From the NCBI GenBank assembly GCA_027356795.1, contig DAHVXI010000055.1:1-51414 (forward strand): a stretch of DNA of 51,414 nt, written 5' to 3'. The stretch's first letter is position 1. Every line of letters begins with the position of its first letter. A model generated the notes under the pieces. It saw only the letters and a list, made by a program, of their open reading frames with translations. It was not told where the DNA came from and searched no databases. The stretch comes from Chloroflexota bacterium. GTDB taxonomy: Bacteria > Chloroflexota > UBA6077. Made by a program: the position numbers and the translations under genes. This document shows, in pieces, positions 28,663 through 39,835 of this stretch.

Positions 28663-29637
28663 CTACCTCCACGCCACGATCGCCACCACCGCCAGCAGGG
28701 CGAAGAGACTCGAGTGGCCGATCTCCGTTAGCCCCACCTGCTTCAGCGTAGGCCTGTACTCCGGCTTGGCCCAGGCCCAGGCGGCTTTGGCAATGGTAGG
28801 GAGCAGCGCCAGGCCCGCCAGGGGCGGCATCCACCCGAAGGCCGTGAGCCCCGCCACCGCCAGGGTGGCCACGGCCAGGTAAGCAGCCATCTGCCTCCCT
28901 GCCCGTGCGCGCAGCCGCTGGGGCGTTTCCAGCTTCAAGCGCGCCGGCGGCTGGTAGATCAGCCGCACGTAGAAGAGGCCGGCGGCGGAGTAGAGGAAGG
29001 CGAGCCCCCAGACCGCGGCGGCGTGGCGATCCAGCATCCCGGAGGCAGCGTAGTAGGCCGCCGGTCCCGTGGCCGACAGGGCGGCGATGGAGAGCAGTCG
29101 GGCCGGCCGGCCGCGATCCAGCCGCTGCCGCTTCAGGGGCAGTTGAAGGGCCAGGGCCGCTCCCGAGGCGAGCCCTAGGGCCAGCAGATCCCACCGCTGG
29201 AAAACAACGAGCAGGAGCAGTCCAGCGCCGCCACCGAGCCCCAGGTAGGCGGACAGGTGGACCAGGGCGCGATGGCTGCGCTCCCGCATCTCGCCACCGT
29301 AGTCGCCGGCTCGAGCGGGGCTCAGACCTGCCCCCGCACCCTTGGGTTCGCGGGGGCGAGCGGAGCTCTGCAGGGCGACCTCCAGTGGCCGGCTGGCGCT
29401 GAAGAGCAGGAGGACGGCCACGAGCAGGAGGAAGGAGGGCCATCCTCCCCAGCCCGCCGCCAGGGTGCCCACCAGGTAGGGCATCAGCAGCATGGCCCAG
29501 GCCCCGTGCTCCCTGGGGAGCATCAAGCCGGCTGCCAGCCTTCGGGGCCAGGGGATCCGGGGGGCGGTCTGGTCCTCCCTCTTTGCAGCATCTATCCCGG
29601 TTGTGTGGGCGGCCGGTGACGTCGCCATCGAACTCAC
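28663..29637 (-). CDS. YwiC-like membrane protein
   Basis: PREHGAWAMLLMP N-terminal motif, KQVGLTE C-terminal motif and multiple TMs. The start may be 29628. Confidence 0.85.
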   Translation of the reverse strand: MSSMATSPAAHTTGIDAAKREDQTAPRIPWPRRLAAGLMLPREHGAWAMLLMPYLVGTLAAGWGGWPSFLLLVAVLLLFSASRPLEVALQSSARPREPKGAGAGLSPARAGDYGGEMRERSHRALVHLSAYLGLGGGAGLLLLVVFQRWDLLALGLASGAALALQLPLKRQRLDRGRPARLLSIAALSATGPAAYYAASGMLDRHAAAVWGLAFLYSAAGLFYVRLIYQPPARLKLETPQRLRARAGRQMAAYLAVATLAVAGLTAFGWMPPLAGLALLPTIAKAAWAWAKPEYRPTLKQVGLTEIGHSSLFALLAVVAIVAWR

Positions 29638-29650
29638 CTGGTCCGTGAGG

Positions 29651-29884
29651 CTAAGCCTTCAGCCTGCGAAGGAGTTCGGGCCCCACGCAGCTCTCGGCGT
29701 ACTTGCACCACTCGATGCAGGAGGGCCCCCTCTTCTTGTAGGTGACGGCGCCGCATTTCTTGCAGCGAACCTTGAACTCGTCGGTCCAGATCTCCAGCTC
29801 CTCGCCGCAGCCGGAGCAGGTTATCGGCTCGGGGAGGGGGTTCTTGAGGGCCTTGCTGCCGGGACAGGAACTCATAAGGGCCAT
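29651..29884 (-). CDS. Small 8-Cys metal-binding protein (77 aa)
   Basis: CPG...CSGC...CKKC...CIEWC...C; AAAGGAG SD. Confidence 0.75.
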   Translation of the reverse strand: MALMSSCPGSKALKNPLPEPITCSGCGEELEIWTDEFKVRCKKCGAVTYKKRGPSCIEWCKYAESCVGPELLRRLKA

Positions 29885-29897
29885 GGCGGGACTCCTT

Positions 29898-30134
29898 TCA
29901 ATGGTTGCCTGTGGCGGCAGTCTCCGGTTCCCAGACGATCTCGAAGGGGCAGGCGATGGCGCCGGTGGGGCAGGCTGCTTCGCACTCGCCACAATAGTCG
30001 CAGTGGGTGTGGACCAGCCGCAGCTTGGCCTGCTCCACGCGAAGGGCTTGAGCCGGACAGACGGCCACGCACCGGCCGCAACCATTGCACTTGTCTAAAT
30101 ATATCACAGGTAAGATTGGCTTATCTGAGTCCAA
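29898..30134 (-). CDS. 2x[4Fe-4S] ferredoxin
   Basis: CNGCGRCVAVCP and CDYCGECEAACP motifs. Confidence 0.88.
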   Translation of the reverse strand: MDSDKPILPVIYLDKCNGCGRCVAVCPAQALRVEQAKLRLVHTHCDYCGECEAACPTGAIACPFEIVWEPETAATGNH

Positions 30135-30194
30135 TTCGGTACTCCCAGGGCAGGCAGGGTCGTGTCTCTACCGGAACTGTTTCACGGGAGACGT

Positions 30195-31454
30195 TCAGGC
30201 GGCCGACTGCTTCTTGGAGAGGGAGCCGCTTCCCTCCTCGGGGTGCTTCTCCCCCGGCTTCGTCGAAGGGGTCTCGCCCACCGAGGCTCCCCTCCCGTGT
30301 CTCAACAGCACCAGGTAGTCCACCGCCAGGCAGAGCAGGATGAAGGCGGCCAGTAGCAGCAGCCCCAGGGCGTAGGAGCCGGTGTGGTCCCGCACGTACC
30401 CCATGACCATGGGCGGGAAGAAGCCCCCAATGCCGCCGGCCGCCCCGACGACTCCGGTCACTATGCCGGTGTTGCGGGGGAAGTACTGGGCGACCAGCTT
30501 GAACACCGCGCCGTTGCCGAGACCCAGCAGCCCTGCCAGGGTCAGGCAGAAGACGGTCACGGTGGAGATGTTGGGACCCAGTGCCTGGACGGCCAGCCCT
30601 ATTGCCACGAGCGGGGCGATGCTGAACACCCCTGCCAACAGCCTGGCGCCACCGAAGCGATCCGACAGATAGCCGCCCAGGGGGCGCATAGCGGTGGCCA
30701 GGACGACGAAGCCGGCCATGCGCAACCCCGCATCGATCTTGGGCAGGTCGAACCAGTCCACCAGCAGCTTGGGCAGAAAAGCCGACGTGGCCACGAAGCC
30801 GCCGAAAGTGACGAAGTAGAAGAGGCTGAAGGCCCAGGAAAGCCGCTCCCGCTTCACCACCTCCAGGCTTTGAGAGATGGAGCCGGCCTTGGGGGCGCCC
30901 GGCGCATCCTCGGCCAGCAGCCAGAAGAGCAGCGCCGCCGTGGCCAGGAGTGGGGCAAAGGCCCAGAAGGCGTAGGGCCAGCCGAAGCTGCCGGCGATCC
31001 AGGGCACCAGGTAGGCCGCCACGGCCGTGCCGATGTTTCCCACACCGTAGATGCCCAGCGCGGTTCCCTGGTCGCGAGCGTTGAACCAGCGACTGACGAA
31101 AGGGACGCCGACGGCGAAGGAGCTACCGGCGATGCCCAGCCAGAAGCCCCAGAACAGCAGCATGGCGTAGGAGCTGATCGTCCCCATGAAGACGACCGGC
31201 ACGACGCTGAACAGCAGGAGGGCGGTGAACACTCTGCGACCGCCGTAGCGATCGGTCAGGATCCCCATCGGTATGCGGGCCACGGAGCCCAGCAGCACCG
31301 GCACCGCCAGCAGCACGCCGGTCTGGGTGTCGGTCAGCTGAAAGGTCTTCTGAAACTGGGGCGCCAGCGGCGACAGCAGGCTCCAAACGGCGAAGCTGAG
31401 GCCGAAAGCCATGGTCGCCAGCGCCAAGTTGACCCGAGACTTGACCCCTTCCAT
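30195..31454 (-). CDS. narK: NarK/NasA-type nitrate/nitrite MFS transporter
   Basis: VPVLLGSVARIPMG, GIAGSSFAVG, YFVTFGGFV, RPLGGYLSDR, GNGAVFKLV and GGIGGFFPP motifs. Confidence 0.9.
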   Translation of the reverse strand: MEGVKSRVNLALATMAFGLSFAVWSLLSPLAPQFQKTFQLTDTQTGVLLAVPVLLGSVARIPMGILTDRYGGRRVFTALLLFSVVPVVFMGTISSYAMLLFWGFWLGIAGSSFAVGVPFVSRWFNARDQGTALGIYGVGNIGTAVAAYLVPWIAGSFGWPYAFWAFAPLLATAALLFWLLAEDAPGAPKAGSISQSLEVVKRERLSWAFSLFYFVTFGGFVATSAFLPKLLVDWFDLPKIDAGLRMAGFVVLATAMRPLGGYLSDRFGGARLLAGVFSIAPLVAIGLAVQALGPNISTVTVFCLTLAGLLGLGNGAVFKLVAQYFPRNTGIVTGVVGAAGGIGGFFPPMVMGYVRDHTGSYALGLLLLAAFILLCLAVDYLVLLRHGRGASVGETPSTKPGEKHPEEGSGSLSKKQSAA

Positions 31455-31524
31455 TGACCCCTCCCCTTGAGGCTTCACCCTCAACCATTGGCACTCGTCA
31501 GTCCTGCTTCAGCCGTTGTGAAGG

Positions 31525-31567
31525 AGCTTATCGCTCCCCTAAGGCGGAAGCTGCGACTTTTGTCGCA
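31525..31567 (-). promoter_or_regulatory. Crp/Fnr-family box plus -10 element upstream of narK
   Basis: TGCGA-CAAAAG-TCGCA (31552-31567), 21 nt upstream of TAAGCT. Confidence 0.75.
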
Positions 31568-31580
31568 AAGGGGTCGTCTC

Positions 31581-32273
31581 TCAGAAGCGGGGGTCGTTCG
31601 ATGGATGGGCCCGCCGGTTCCAGATCACCTGCTGGTAGGGCCGCCACAGGTAGGTGATGGGCACCGTGAAGATGTGGGCCAGCCGGGAGAAGGGGAAGAT
31701 GGCCACGAGCAGAAAGGCGTTGAGCAGGTGCAGCTGGGCAATCAGCGGCATCGTCGTTGCGTACTGCACCTTGGGCTGCAGGGTGACCAGGGAGTTGAGG
31801 TAGGGGACGGCGTTGGAGAGGTACCACCAGGAGCCCCACCGCACCGTGAGGGCGGTGTAGAGCCCCGCCACCACCTGGAACAGCAGCAGGAGCAGCAGCA
31901 CCAGGTCCATGGTGGAGGTGACGGCCAGGGCTCTGGGAGATGAGGCCCTCCTACCCATTAGGACGAGGATCCCCAGCAGGGCGAACAGCCCCAAGCCGAA
32001 GGCGGTGATCTCCAGGATGTAGAGCCGGATCGGCGCGCCGTTGAAGGCGGCGACCCAGTTGGGGATGATCCAGCCGATCAGGTGGCCGATCAGCAGGATC
32101 ACGATGCCGTAGTGCCAGGGGACAGAGCCCCAGAACAGTTGGCGGCTCTCCAGCAGCTGCGAGGAGAGGCTGGTGAAGCTGAACCGGTCCGCGTAGTAGC
32201 GGTAGAGGCCGCCGGCGACCGCCACGGCCACCGCCAGGTAGGGCCAGACGGCGAAGAGGAAGAAGTCGAACAT
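31581..32273 (-). CDS. narI: Nitrate reductase gamma subunit (cytochrome b)
   Basis: SSQLLE, WHYGI...GH, LHL and PFSRLAH heme-ligand motifs. Confidence 0.92.
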   Translation of the reverse strand: MFDFFLFAVWPYLAVAVAVAGGLYRYYADRFSFTSLSSQLLESRQLFWGSVPWHYGIVILLIGHLIGWIIPNWVAAFNGAPIRLYILEITAFGLGLFALLGILVLMGRRASSPRALAVTSTMDLVLLLLLLFQVVAGLYTALTVRWGSWWYLSNAVPYLNSLVTLQPKVQYATTMPLIAQLHLLNAFLLVAIFPFSRLAHIFTVPITYLWRPYQQVIWNRRAHPSNDPRF

Positions 32274-32294
32274 CGGATGCAACCTCCCCGGTTG

Positions 32295-32355
32295 GTAGGG
32301 GCGATCCCTGCGATCGCCCTGGGGCGAAGGTGGCGGGCGGAAGGTTCGCCCCTGC
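32295..32355. repeat. GTAG REP-like element between narJ and narI
   Basis: gtaggggcgatccctgcgatcgccc...ttcgcccctgc. Confidence 0.65.
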
Positions 32356-32374
32356 ACCGGATCGCCAGGCGTGT

Positions 32375-32935
32375 CTAGGGCGCGGCCTCCCCGCCCAGCG
32401 GGGCGGCAGGGGCGCCGGCCACTACGTCGACGGGAGCGAGCAGGGCGGCCACGGCCCGGAGCAGCCTTCCGTATGGGTGGGTCTCCTCCAGGGTCGGGGC
32501 CATCTTCTGCAGCACCGGGAGCAGGGCGTTCTCCACCAGGTCGCGCTCCACGGCCCCGTCCCGCTGGTGGCCCAGGAAGCGAAGCATCACCGCCAGGTGG
32601 TCCGGCAGCTCGTTACCGGTCGCAAACCCGGCGGCGCGGTAGTCCTCCTGGAGCTTCAGCATCAGGGCCGCCCGCCTCAGGTCCTCCCCCACCAGTTGGT
32701 AGCCCACGTAGGGGCAGCAGGCCGGGTTCAGGTCGAAGGTGGCCGTGTAGGTTTCCTCCAGGGAGCCTGGGGACCTGTCTTCTATCGAGGCCAGGAACTG
32801 CTCCATCAGCCCCTGTGCCTCGGGTCGAAGGGCGGCCACGAGGCCCGCGCATTGGTGGGCCTTCTCCCGAAGGTCGCCCCTGGGATACTCCAGCAGCTTG
32901 CCAAGCAAGCGGTAAAGGCTGCCGTTCTCCTCCAA
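32375..32935 (-). CDS. narJ: Nitrate reductase molybdenum-cofactor assembly chaperone
   Basis: LLEYP, YTATFD and ELPDHL motifs. Confidence 0.9.
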   Translation of the reverse strand: MEENGSLYRLLGKLLEYPRGDLREKAHQCAGLVAALRPEAQGLMEQFLASIEDRSPGSLEETYTATFDLNPACCPYVGYQLVGEDLRRAALMLKLQEDYRAAGFATGNELPDHLAVMLRFLGHQRDGAVERDLVENALLPVLQKMAPTLEETHPYGRLLRAVAALLAPVDVVAGAPAAPLGGEAAP

Positions 32936-32936
32936 C

Positions 32937-34427
<1,491 letters not shown>

Positions 34428-34436
34428 GGCCGTCTC

Positions 34437-37400
34437 CTACCAGTTCAGCTTGCTCAGCTTCCGCACGTATGCGAAGGTGTCGCGGTTGACGCCGATGGGA
34501 CCCCAATAGTTGAAGGCGTAGGTGAACTGGGCATAGCCTCCTGCCATCAGCACCGGGTTCAACCGGATGCGGGTGAGGCTGTTGTGGGTGCCGGCCCGTT
34601 TGTTCCCCCGCAGCGGCGACTTGGGGACCGAGATGGTGCGCTCCGGCGCGTGGTAGAAGAAGGCCGTGCCCCTCGGTATGCGGGCGCTCACCACGCACCG
34701 CGTCACCACCACGCCGTTGTCGTTGTACACCTCCACCCAATCGTTGTCCCGCACCCTCAGCGCCTCGGCGTCTCGATCGTTCAGCCAGAATGGCTCCACC
34801 CCTCGGGACAGGGTCAGCATCCGGTGGTTGTCCATGTAGGTGGAGTGGATGTGCCACTTGCCGTGAGGGGTAAGCACGTTGACCAGGAGGGCGCTTCGGT
34901 CCACCTGGCTGTTCTCCATCTCGTTCAGAACCAGCGGGCTCGCCTTGGCCTTGTAGGTGGGCAGCTGCTCCCCGAACTCCAGGTACAGCTGGTGGTCCAG
35001 GTAGAACTGCTGCCGCCCCGTCAGGGTGCGCCAGGGGACCAGCCGGTCCACGTTGAGGGCGAAGCCGGTGTAGGCCCGGCCGTCGTTGACGATCCCCGAC
35101 CAGCAGGGGCTGGTGAGGAAGCGGCGGGGCTGGTCCACCAGGTCGGCGAAGCTGTACCGGACCCCCCGGTACTTCTCGGCCAGATCTGTGAGGGGCAGAC
35201 CCACCTTCGCCTCCTCCTCCTTGAAGGCCCGATAGGCCACCTCTCCGTTGGTCTCCGGGGCCAGCAGCAGGATTGCGTTGGCCGCGTCCACCACCTCCGA
35301 CAGGGAGGGGTATCGCCGCCCGTCCCACTCGACGGTGGGGGACTGGGCAAGCATCTGATCGTACAGATCGTCGACCTTCCAGCGGATCCCGTGGGCGCCG
35401 ATGCCCGCCGCCCGGACCGTCGGACCCAGGGAGATGAAGCGGTTGTAGAGGTTGGCGTAGTCCCGCTCCACCACCGACATCCAGGGCATGGTCTTGCCGG
35501 GGATGGGTGCGCACTCCCCCTTAGCCCACTCCCTGATCTCCGGCTGGGCGATCTCGTCGGGTGTGTCGTGGGCCAGGGGCGTGCACACCAGGTCCTTCAC
35601 CGGATCGGGCAGGTGGGTCTGGGCGAGCTCGGATACCTTCTTGGCGATGGCTTTGAAGATCTCCCAGTCGCTCTTGGACTCCCAACATGGGGGCACCGCC
35701 TCGCCCAGGTTGTGGACGTAGGAGTGGAGGTCGGTGGTGTTCAGGTCGTTCTTCTCGTACCAGGTGGCGGCCGGCAGGACGATGTCGGAGTAGAGGGCGG
35801 AGGTGTCCATCCGGAAGTTGAGGTCCACCACCAGGTCGATCTTCCCCTTGGGGGCCTCGGGCCGCCACACTACCTCCTCGACCTTCCCCTCGGCCTGCTC
35901 CCGGGCCATGGCGTTGGAGTTGGCGTCCAGGTAGTGGCGCATGAAGAACTCGTGGCCCTTGGCGCTGGCCATCAGGGCGTTGCCGCGCCAGATGAACCAG
36001 AGTCGGGGCCAGTTCTCCGGGGCGTCCGGGTCCTGGACCGCGAAGCGCAGCGGCGACGGGGAGACGGGATGACTGGGCGACGGGGAGACGGTTTCCTCTC
36101 GCCCCGTCTCCCCGTCGCTCTGTCGCCCCGTCTGGAGCTGCTGCACCACCCAATCCACGACCTCCTGGTCGGTCTGGGCGCCGGCCGCTGCCGCCTGCTG
36201 CACCAGCTCCAGGGGACTGCGGTCGAACTGGGGGTAGGAGGGCAGCCAGCCCATCTGCACCGCCTTCACCTGCACGTCCATGGTGTGCCCCCTGGCGTAC
36301 CGGCCGCCCGGCGGCACCGGGTGGTAGGCGGTGAAGTCGCCCTCGTAGCGCCACTGATCGCAGTTGACGTAATGGAAGGAAGGGGTGTTCTGCTGCCTGG
36401 GGGGCTTGACCCAGTCCAGGGCGAAGGCCAGGGTGGACCAGGACGCGAAGGGCGCCACCTTCTCCTGGCCGACGTAGTGGTTCATGCCGCCGCCGTTCTT
36501 GCCCTCGCAGCCGCACAGCATCAGGGCCGTCATGGCGGAGCGGTAGATCAGGTTGCTCTGGTACCACTGGTTCACGCCGGCGCCCACGATGATCATCGAC
36601 CGGCCCTCGGTGCGCTCGGCGTTGCCGGCGAACTCCCGGGCGAAGTGGATCACCGTCTGGCCGTCGATGCCGGTGAACTTCTCCTGCCAGGCGGGGGTGA
36701 AGGGGACGTCCTCCTCGTAGCCGGTCGGGTACTCCCCGGGCAACCCCCTGGAGACCCCGAACTGGGCCATCATCAGGTCCAGGACGGTGGCCACCGCCAC
36801 CCGACCCTGCTCCGTCTCCAGGTACTTCACCGGCACGCCCCGGGCCGGAGGCTCGCCGTCGCCGAACTCCGTGATCCGGACCGGCAGGATGGCGTCTTCA
36901 TGGCCCAGCAGCGACAGGGCGGGGTCTATGGGGGAGCCGTCGAGGCCGTCCTCGTGCTGGAGGTTCCAGCCGCCCTTCTCGTGGCCCCAGCGGAAGCCTA
37001 TGCTCCCCCTGGGCATTCGGAGGTCGCCGGAGAGGCGATCGTAGACCAGGAACTTCCAGTCGCCGTTCTCCGCATCCCGGTAGCGGGCCAGGGACTTTGC
37101 GCGGAGGAGCCGATCCGGTCGATAGGTGGCTCTGGCGCTCCAGCCCTCACCCCGACCCTCTCCCATGGGGAGAGGGAATCCGTCCCCACCCGCTCCCTCT
37201 GGGTGAGGGTGTTTGCTGTCTGCCGACCTCTCGGGTCGGAGAGTCACCAGGAAGCTGCAGTCGGTGTAGCGCTTCAGGTAGTCCAGGAAGTAGGGGACCT
37301 GCCGGTCGACGTAGAACTCCTTCAGGATGACGTGGTTCACGGCCATCCAGAAGGCGCCGTCCTGGCCGGCGCTCACCGGCAGCCACCAGTCGGCGTACTT

Positions 37401-38216
37401 GGACACCTGGCTGAAGTCGGGCGATAGCACCACCAGCTTGGTCCCGTTGTGGCGCGCCTCGGCCACGAAGTGGACGTCCGGCGTGCGGGTCATGCTCAGG
37501 TTGGCGCCCATCACCACGATGTACTTGGAGTTGTACCAGTCGGCGCTCTCGCAGACGTCGGTCTGCTCGCCCCACACCTCCGGAAAGGCGTTGGGCAGGT
37601 CGGCGTACCAGTCGTAGAAGCTGAGGACCGTCCCTCCGATCAGGCTGAGGAAGCGGGAGCCGGCGGCGTAGCTGAGCATCGACATGGCCGGGATGGGGGA
37701 GAAGCCCACCACTCTATCCGGGCCGTGGCGCCGGATGGTGTAAATGGTGGAGGCGGCGATCAGCTCCAGCACCTCGTCCCAGTCGGTCCGGCGGAAGCCG
37801 CCCTTGCCTCGGGCACGCTGGAAGCTGGACCGGGCCGCCTCGTCCTCCATGATGGAGGCCCAGGCCTCCACCGGGTCGGCGTGCCGGCTCCTCGCCTGCC
37901 GCCACAGATCCAGCAGAACGCCGCGAGCGTAGGGATACTTCACCCGAAGGGGGCTGTAGATGTACCAGGAGAAGGAGATGCCCCGCTGGCACCCCCTGGG
38001 CTCGTAGGGGGGAAGCCCGTCCCCCAGCTTGGGGTAATCCAGGGCCTGGTTCTCCCAGGTGACGATGCCGTCCTTGACGAAGACGTTCCACGAGCAGCCT
38101 CCGGTGCAGTTCACCCCGTGGGTGCTGCGCACCGTCTTATCGTGCTGCCAGCGGTTCCGATAGAACTCCTCCCAGCTGCGCTCGCCGGGGCTCAGGATGT
38201 CCTTGATCCAGCTCAT
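34437..38216 (-). CDS. narG: Nitrate reductase/nitrite oxidoreductase alpha subunit (Mo-bisPGD, cytoplasmic type) with two in-frame repeat insertions
   Basis: [47 protein letters not shown] and FNYWGPIG motifs; no Tat signal. Confidence 0.93.
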   Translation of the reverse strand: MSWIKDILSPGERSWEEFYRNRWQHDKTVRSTHGVNCTGGCSWNVFVKDGIVTWENQALDYPKLGDGLPPYEPRGCQRGISFSWYIYSPLRVKYPYARGVLLDLWRQARSRHADPVEAWASIMEDEAARSSFQRARGKGGFRRTDWDEVLELIAASTIYTIRRHGPDRVVGFSPIPAMSMLSYAAGSRFLSLIGGTVLSFYDWYADLPNAFPEVWGEQTDVCESADWYNSKYIVVMGANLSMTRTPDVHFVAEARHNGTKLVVLSPDFSQVSKYADWWLPVSAGQDGAFWMAVNHVILKEFYVDRQVPYFLDYLKRYTDCSFLVTLRPERSADSKHPHPEGAGGDGFPLPMGEGRGEGWSARATYRPDRLLRAKSLARYRDAENGDWKFLVYDRLSGDLRMPRGSIGFRWGHEKGGWNLQHEDGLDGSPIDPALSLLGHEDAILPVRITEFGDGEPPARGVPVKYLETEQGRVAVATVLDLMMAQFGVSRGLPGEYPTGYEEDVPFTPAWQEKFTGIDGQTVIHFAREFAGNAERTEGRSMIIVGAGVNQWYQSNLIYRSAMTALMLCGCEGKNGGGMNHYVGQEKVAPFASWSTLAFALDWVKPPRQQNTPSFHYVNCDQWRYEGDFTAYHPVPPGGRYARGHTMDVQVKAVQMGWLPSYPQFDRSPLELVQQAAAAGAQTDQEVVDWVVQQLQTGRQSDGETGREETVSPSPSHPVSPSPLRFAVQDPDAPENWPRLWFIWRGNALMASAKGHEFFMRHYLDANSNAMAREQAEGKVEEVVWRPEAPKGKIDLVVDLNFRMDTSALYSDIVLPAATWYEKNDLNTTDLHSYVHNLGEAVPPCWESKSDWEIFKAIAKKVSELAQTHLPDPVKDLVCTPLAHDTPDEIAQPEIREWAKGECAPIPGKTMPWMSVVERDYANLYNRFISLGPTVRAAGIGAHGIRWKVDDLYDQMLAQSPTVEWDGRRYPSLSEVVDAANAILLLAPETNGEVAYRAFKEEEAKVGLPLTDLAEKYRGVRYSFADLVDQPRRFLTSPCWSGIVNDGRAYTGFALNVDRLVPWRTLTGRQQFYLDHQLYLEFGEQLPTYKAKASPLVLNEMENSQVDRSALLVNVLTPHGKWHIHSTYMDNHRMLTLSRGVEPFWLNDRDAEALRVRDNDWVEVYNDNGVVVTRCVVSARIPRGTAFFYHAPERTISVPKSPLRGNKRAGTHNSLTRIRLNPVLMAGGYAQFTYAFNYWGPIGVNRDTFAYVRKLSKLNW
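36052..36133. repeat. Inverted octamer-repeat hairpin in-frame in narG
   Basis: Five GGMGACGG-type units, a spacer and four CCCCGTCK-type units. Confidence 0.85.
37143..37211. repeat. Family B palindrome in-frame in narG
   Basis: gccctcaccccgaccctctcccatggggagaggga...gggtgagggtg. Confidence 0.88.
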
Positions 38217-39127
38217 CTCCCCCTCCTTCCGACCAGCCGTCGTCGAACGCCCTGGGATCGCCCTCGCTGGCCGACCTGCATCAGCCCCAGGAAGAGGGCG
38301 AAGGCCCCCAGTCCGACGAGGGGGAAGGCGTAGCTTGGGGCCGGTCCCTCCTGGGTGGTGTCGACCTGGGCGAGGAAAGCCGTCACGTCGGCGACCTCCT
38401 GGTCGGTGATGGGGTGCGAGGCGAAGGCCTCGGTCATGCCCGGGTAGGGCGGTGATTTCAGGATGGAGGCCAATCCGGCGACGCCGAACCTGGTGTGGGC
38501 GTGGGTCAGGTCGAGGCCCATGCTGCCGCCGCCCAGGGCCCCTACCCCCGCCACGTCGTGGCAGCCGATGCATGCGGAGCCGCCGTTGGCCGGCCGCTGC
38601 TCGCCGGCTACGAGGAGCCGGCCGGTGGCGGCGTTGCCGGGGGGCAGGACGGAGGCAGCGGCGCCCGCCGCGGCTGCGCCCCCACCCCCGCTCTGGGCCG
38701 CGACGTAGGACAGGATCGCCTCGGCGTCGGCCCTGGACACCCCCACGTTGGGCATCGGCATGCCGAACTCCTTGGCCAACTGGACGGCGGTGGGATCGCC
38801 GCCGGCGATCAGCCTGTCCGGTGCCGTGATGAAGTCCACCAGCCAGTCGTGGGGACGCTGTTCCGCCACCCCCTCGAGGTCAGGTCCGGCCAACTTGCCC
38901 CCGCCGATGGTGTGGCAGCCGGCGCACTTGGCGTCGAAGGTGGCCTTCCCCTTCGTCGAGTCGACGGCGAGGGAGGCGGTCGCCGCACCGGCTTTCTGGG
39001 CGGTAGGGGTGGTGCCCTGTCCAGGGAGGGTCTCCGTCTGCCAGCGGAAGGCCACGACGGAGAGCGTGGCACCGAGGGCGGTGGCCCCGACCAGGAGACC
39101 CAATCCGAGAAGGTGAACCGATCTCAT
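38213..39127 (-). CDS. Membrane-anchored diheme cytochrome c (NarC-like)
   Basis: N-terminal hydrophobic signal, CAGCH and CIGCH heme sites, C-terminal TM, and ATGA overlap with narG. Confidence 0.85.
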   Translation of the reverse strand: MRSVHLLGLGLLVGATALGATLSVVAFRWQTETLPGQGTTPTAQKAGAATASLAVDSTKGKATFDAKCAGCHTIGGGKLAGPDLEGVAEQRPHDWLVDFITAPDRLIAGGDPTAVQLAKEFGMPMPNVGVSRADAEAILSYVAAQSGGGGAAAAGAAASVLPPGNAATGRLLVAGEQRPANGGSACIGCHDVAGVGALGGGSMGLDLTHAHTRFGVAGLASILKSPPYPGMTEAFASHPITDQEVADVTAFLAQVDTTQEGPAPSYAFPLVGLGAFALFLGLMQVGQRGRSQGVRRRLVGRRGR

Positions 39128-39396
39128 ACTCGACACTCCAGTATGCAGAGCAGGCGACTGCTCGTGGCTTAGCCGCGAACGTGGTGCTGCCAGGGACCGG
39201 GATCGCGCAGAGCTACGGAACGAAGGACCATATAGCTGGCTCTCGGAGAGCCCGGGGCCCCGAGAGAGTACCGCCCCGAAATGAACCGCTGGGGTGAGAC
39301 CAGCCGGGGGCTTTCGACCCGGGCCGGCTAACCATCCTATTTGCAAGGGACGTACCATCTGGAAGAAGGTCGCCTCTCCTCGTACAGGATGGTCCC

Positions 39397-39439
39397 AGGC
39401 TATTAGCACTCGTTGCCCGAGGCTGCGACTTTTGTCACA
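39397..39439 (-). promoter_or_regulatory. Crp/Fnr-family box plus -10 element upstream of the cytochrome c-nar operon
   Basis: TGTGA-CAAAAG-TCGCA (39424-39439), 21 nt upstream of TAGCCT. Confidence 0.78.
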
Positions 39440-39488
39440 GGGGGTTCCTGGGGGACCCGTTAGTACACGACCACAAGGTGATATGTAC

Positions 39489-39558
39489 TGTCATGCTGAG
39501 CGCAGCGAAGCATCTCCCCGTGGCGAGAGGAGATCCTTCGCTATCGCTCAGGATGACA
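39489..39558. repeat. TGTCAT.CTGAGCG.AGCGAAG...CTTCGCT..CGCTCAGGATGACA palindromic element (family E)
   Basis: Long inverted arms; second copy at 44765-44834. Confidence 0.82.
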
Positions 39559-39614
39559 CCTGTCAGAACCAATGTGGCGGAGTACTAGGTGCATCGTTCC
39601 TCAAATGCAATACT

Positions 39615-39751
39615 GTAGGGTGGGGTCTTGTGCCCCGCCGCTCGGTGTCAGATGTGCGGCCACCGGCGGGGATAGACCCCCGCCCTACTTAAGGGACGAC
39701 GCCCTTAGCTAATCTGGAAACGCCGCTGTAGCGTCGGGGCTTGTCCCCGAC
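39615..39751. repeat. Cluster of GTAG REP-like elements
   Basis: gtagggtggggtcttgtgccccgcc...ggcggggatagacccccgccctac and gtagcgtcggggcttgtccccgac, the latter identical to 46095-46118. Confidence 0.78.
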
Positions 39752-39835
39752 CAGGACTGCTGGGAATGGGAGATCTGCCTGAAGGGCCCGATCCGTGCAG
39801 GCAGGGGCATGAAGGAACCGGTGGAGGTGTGAGGG

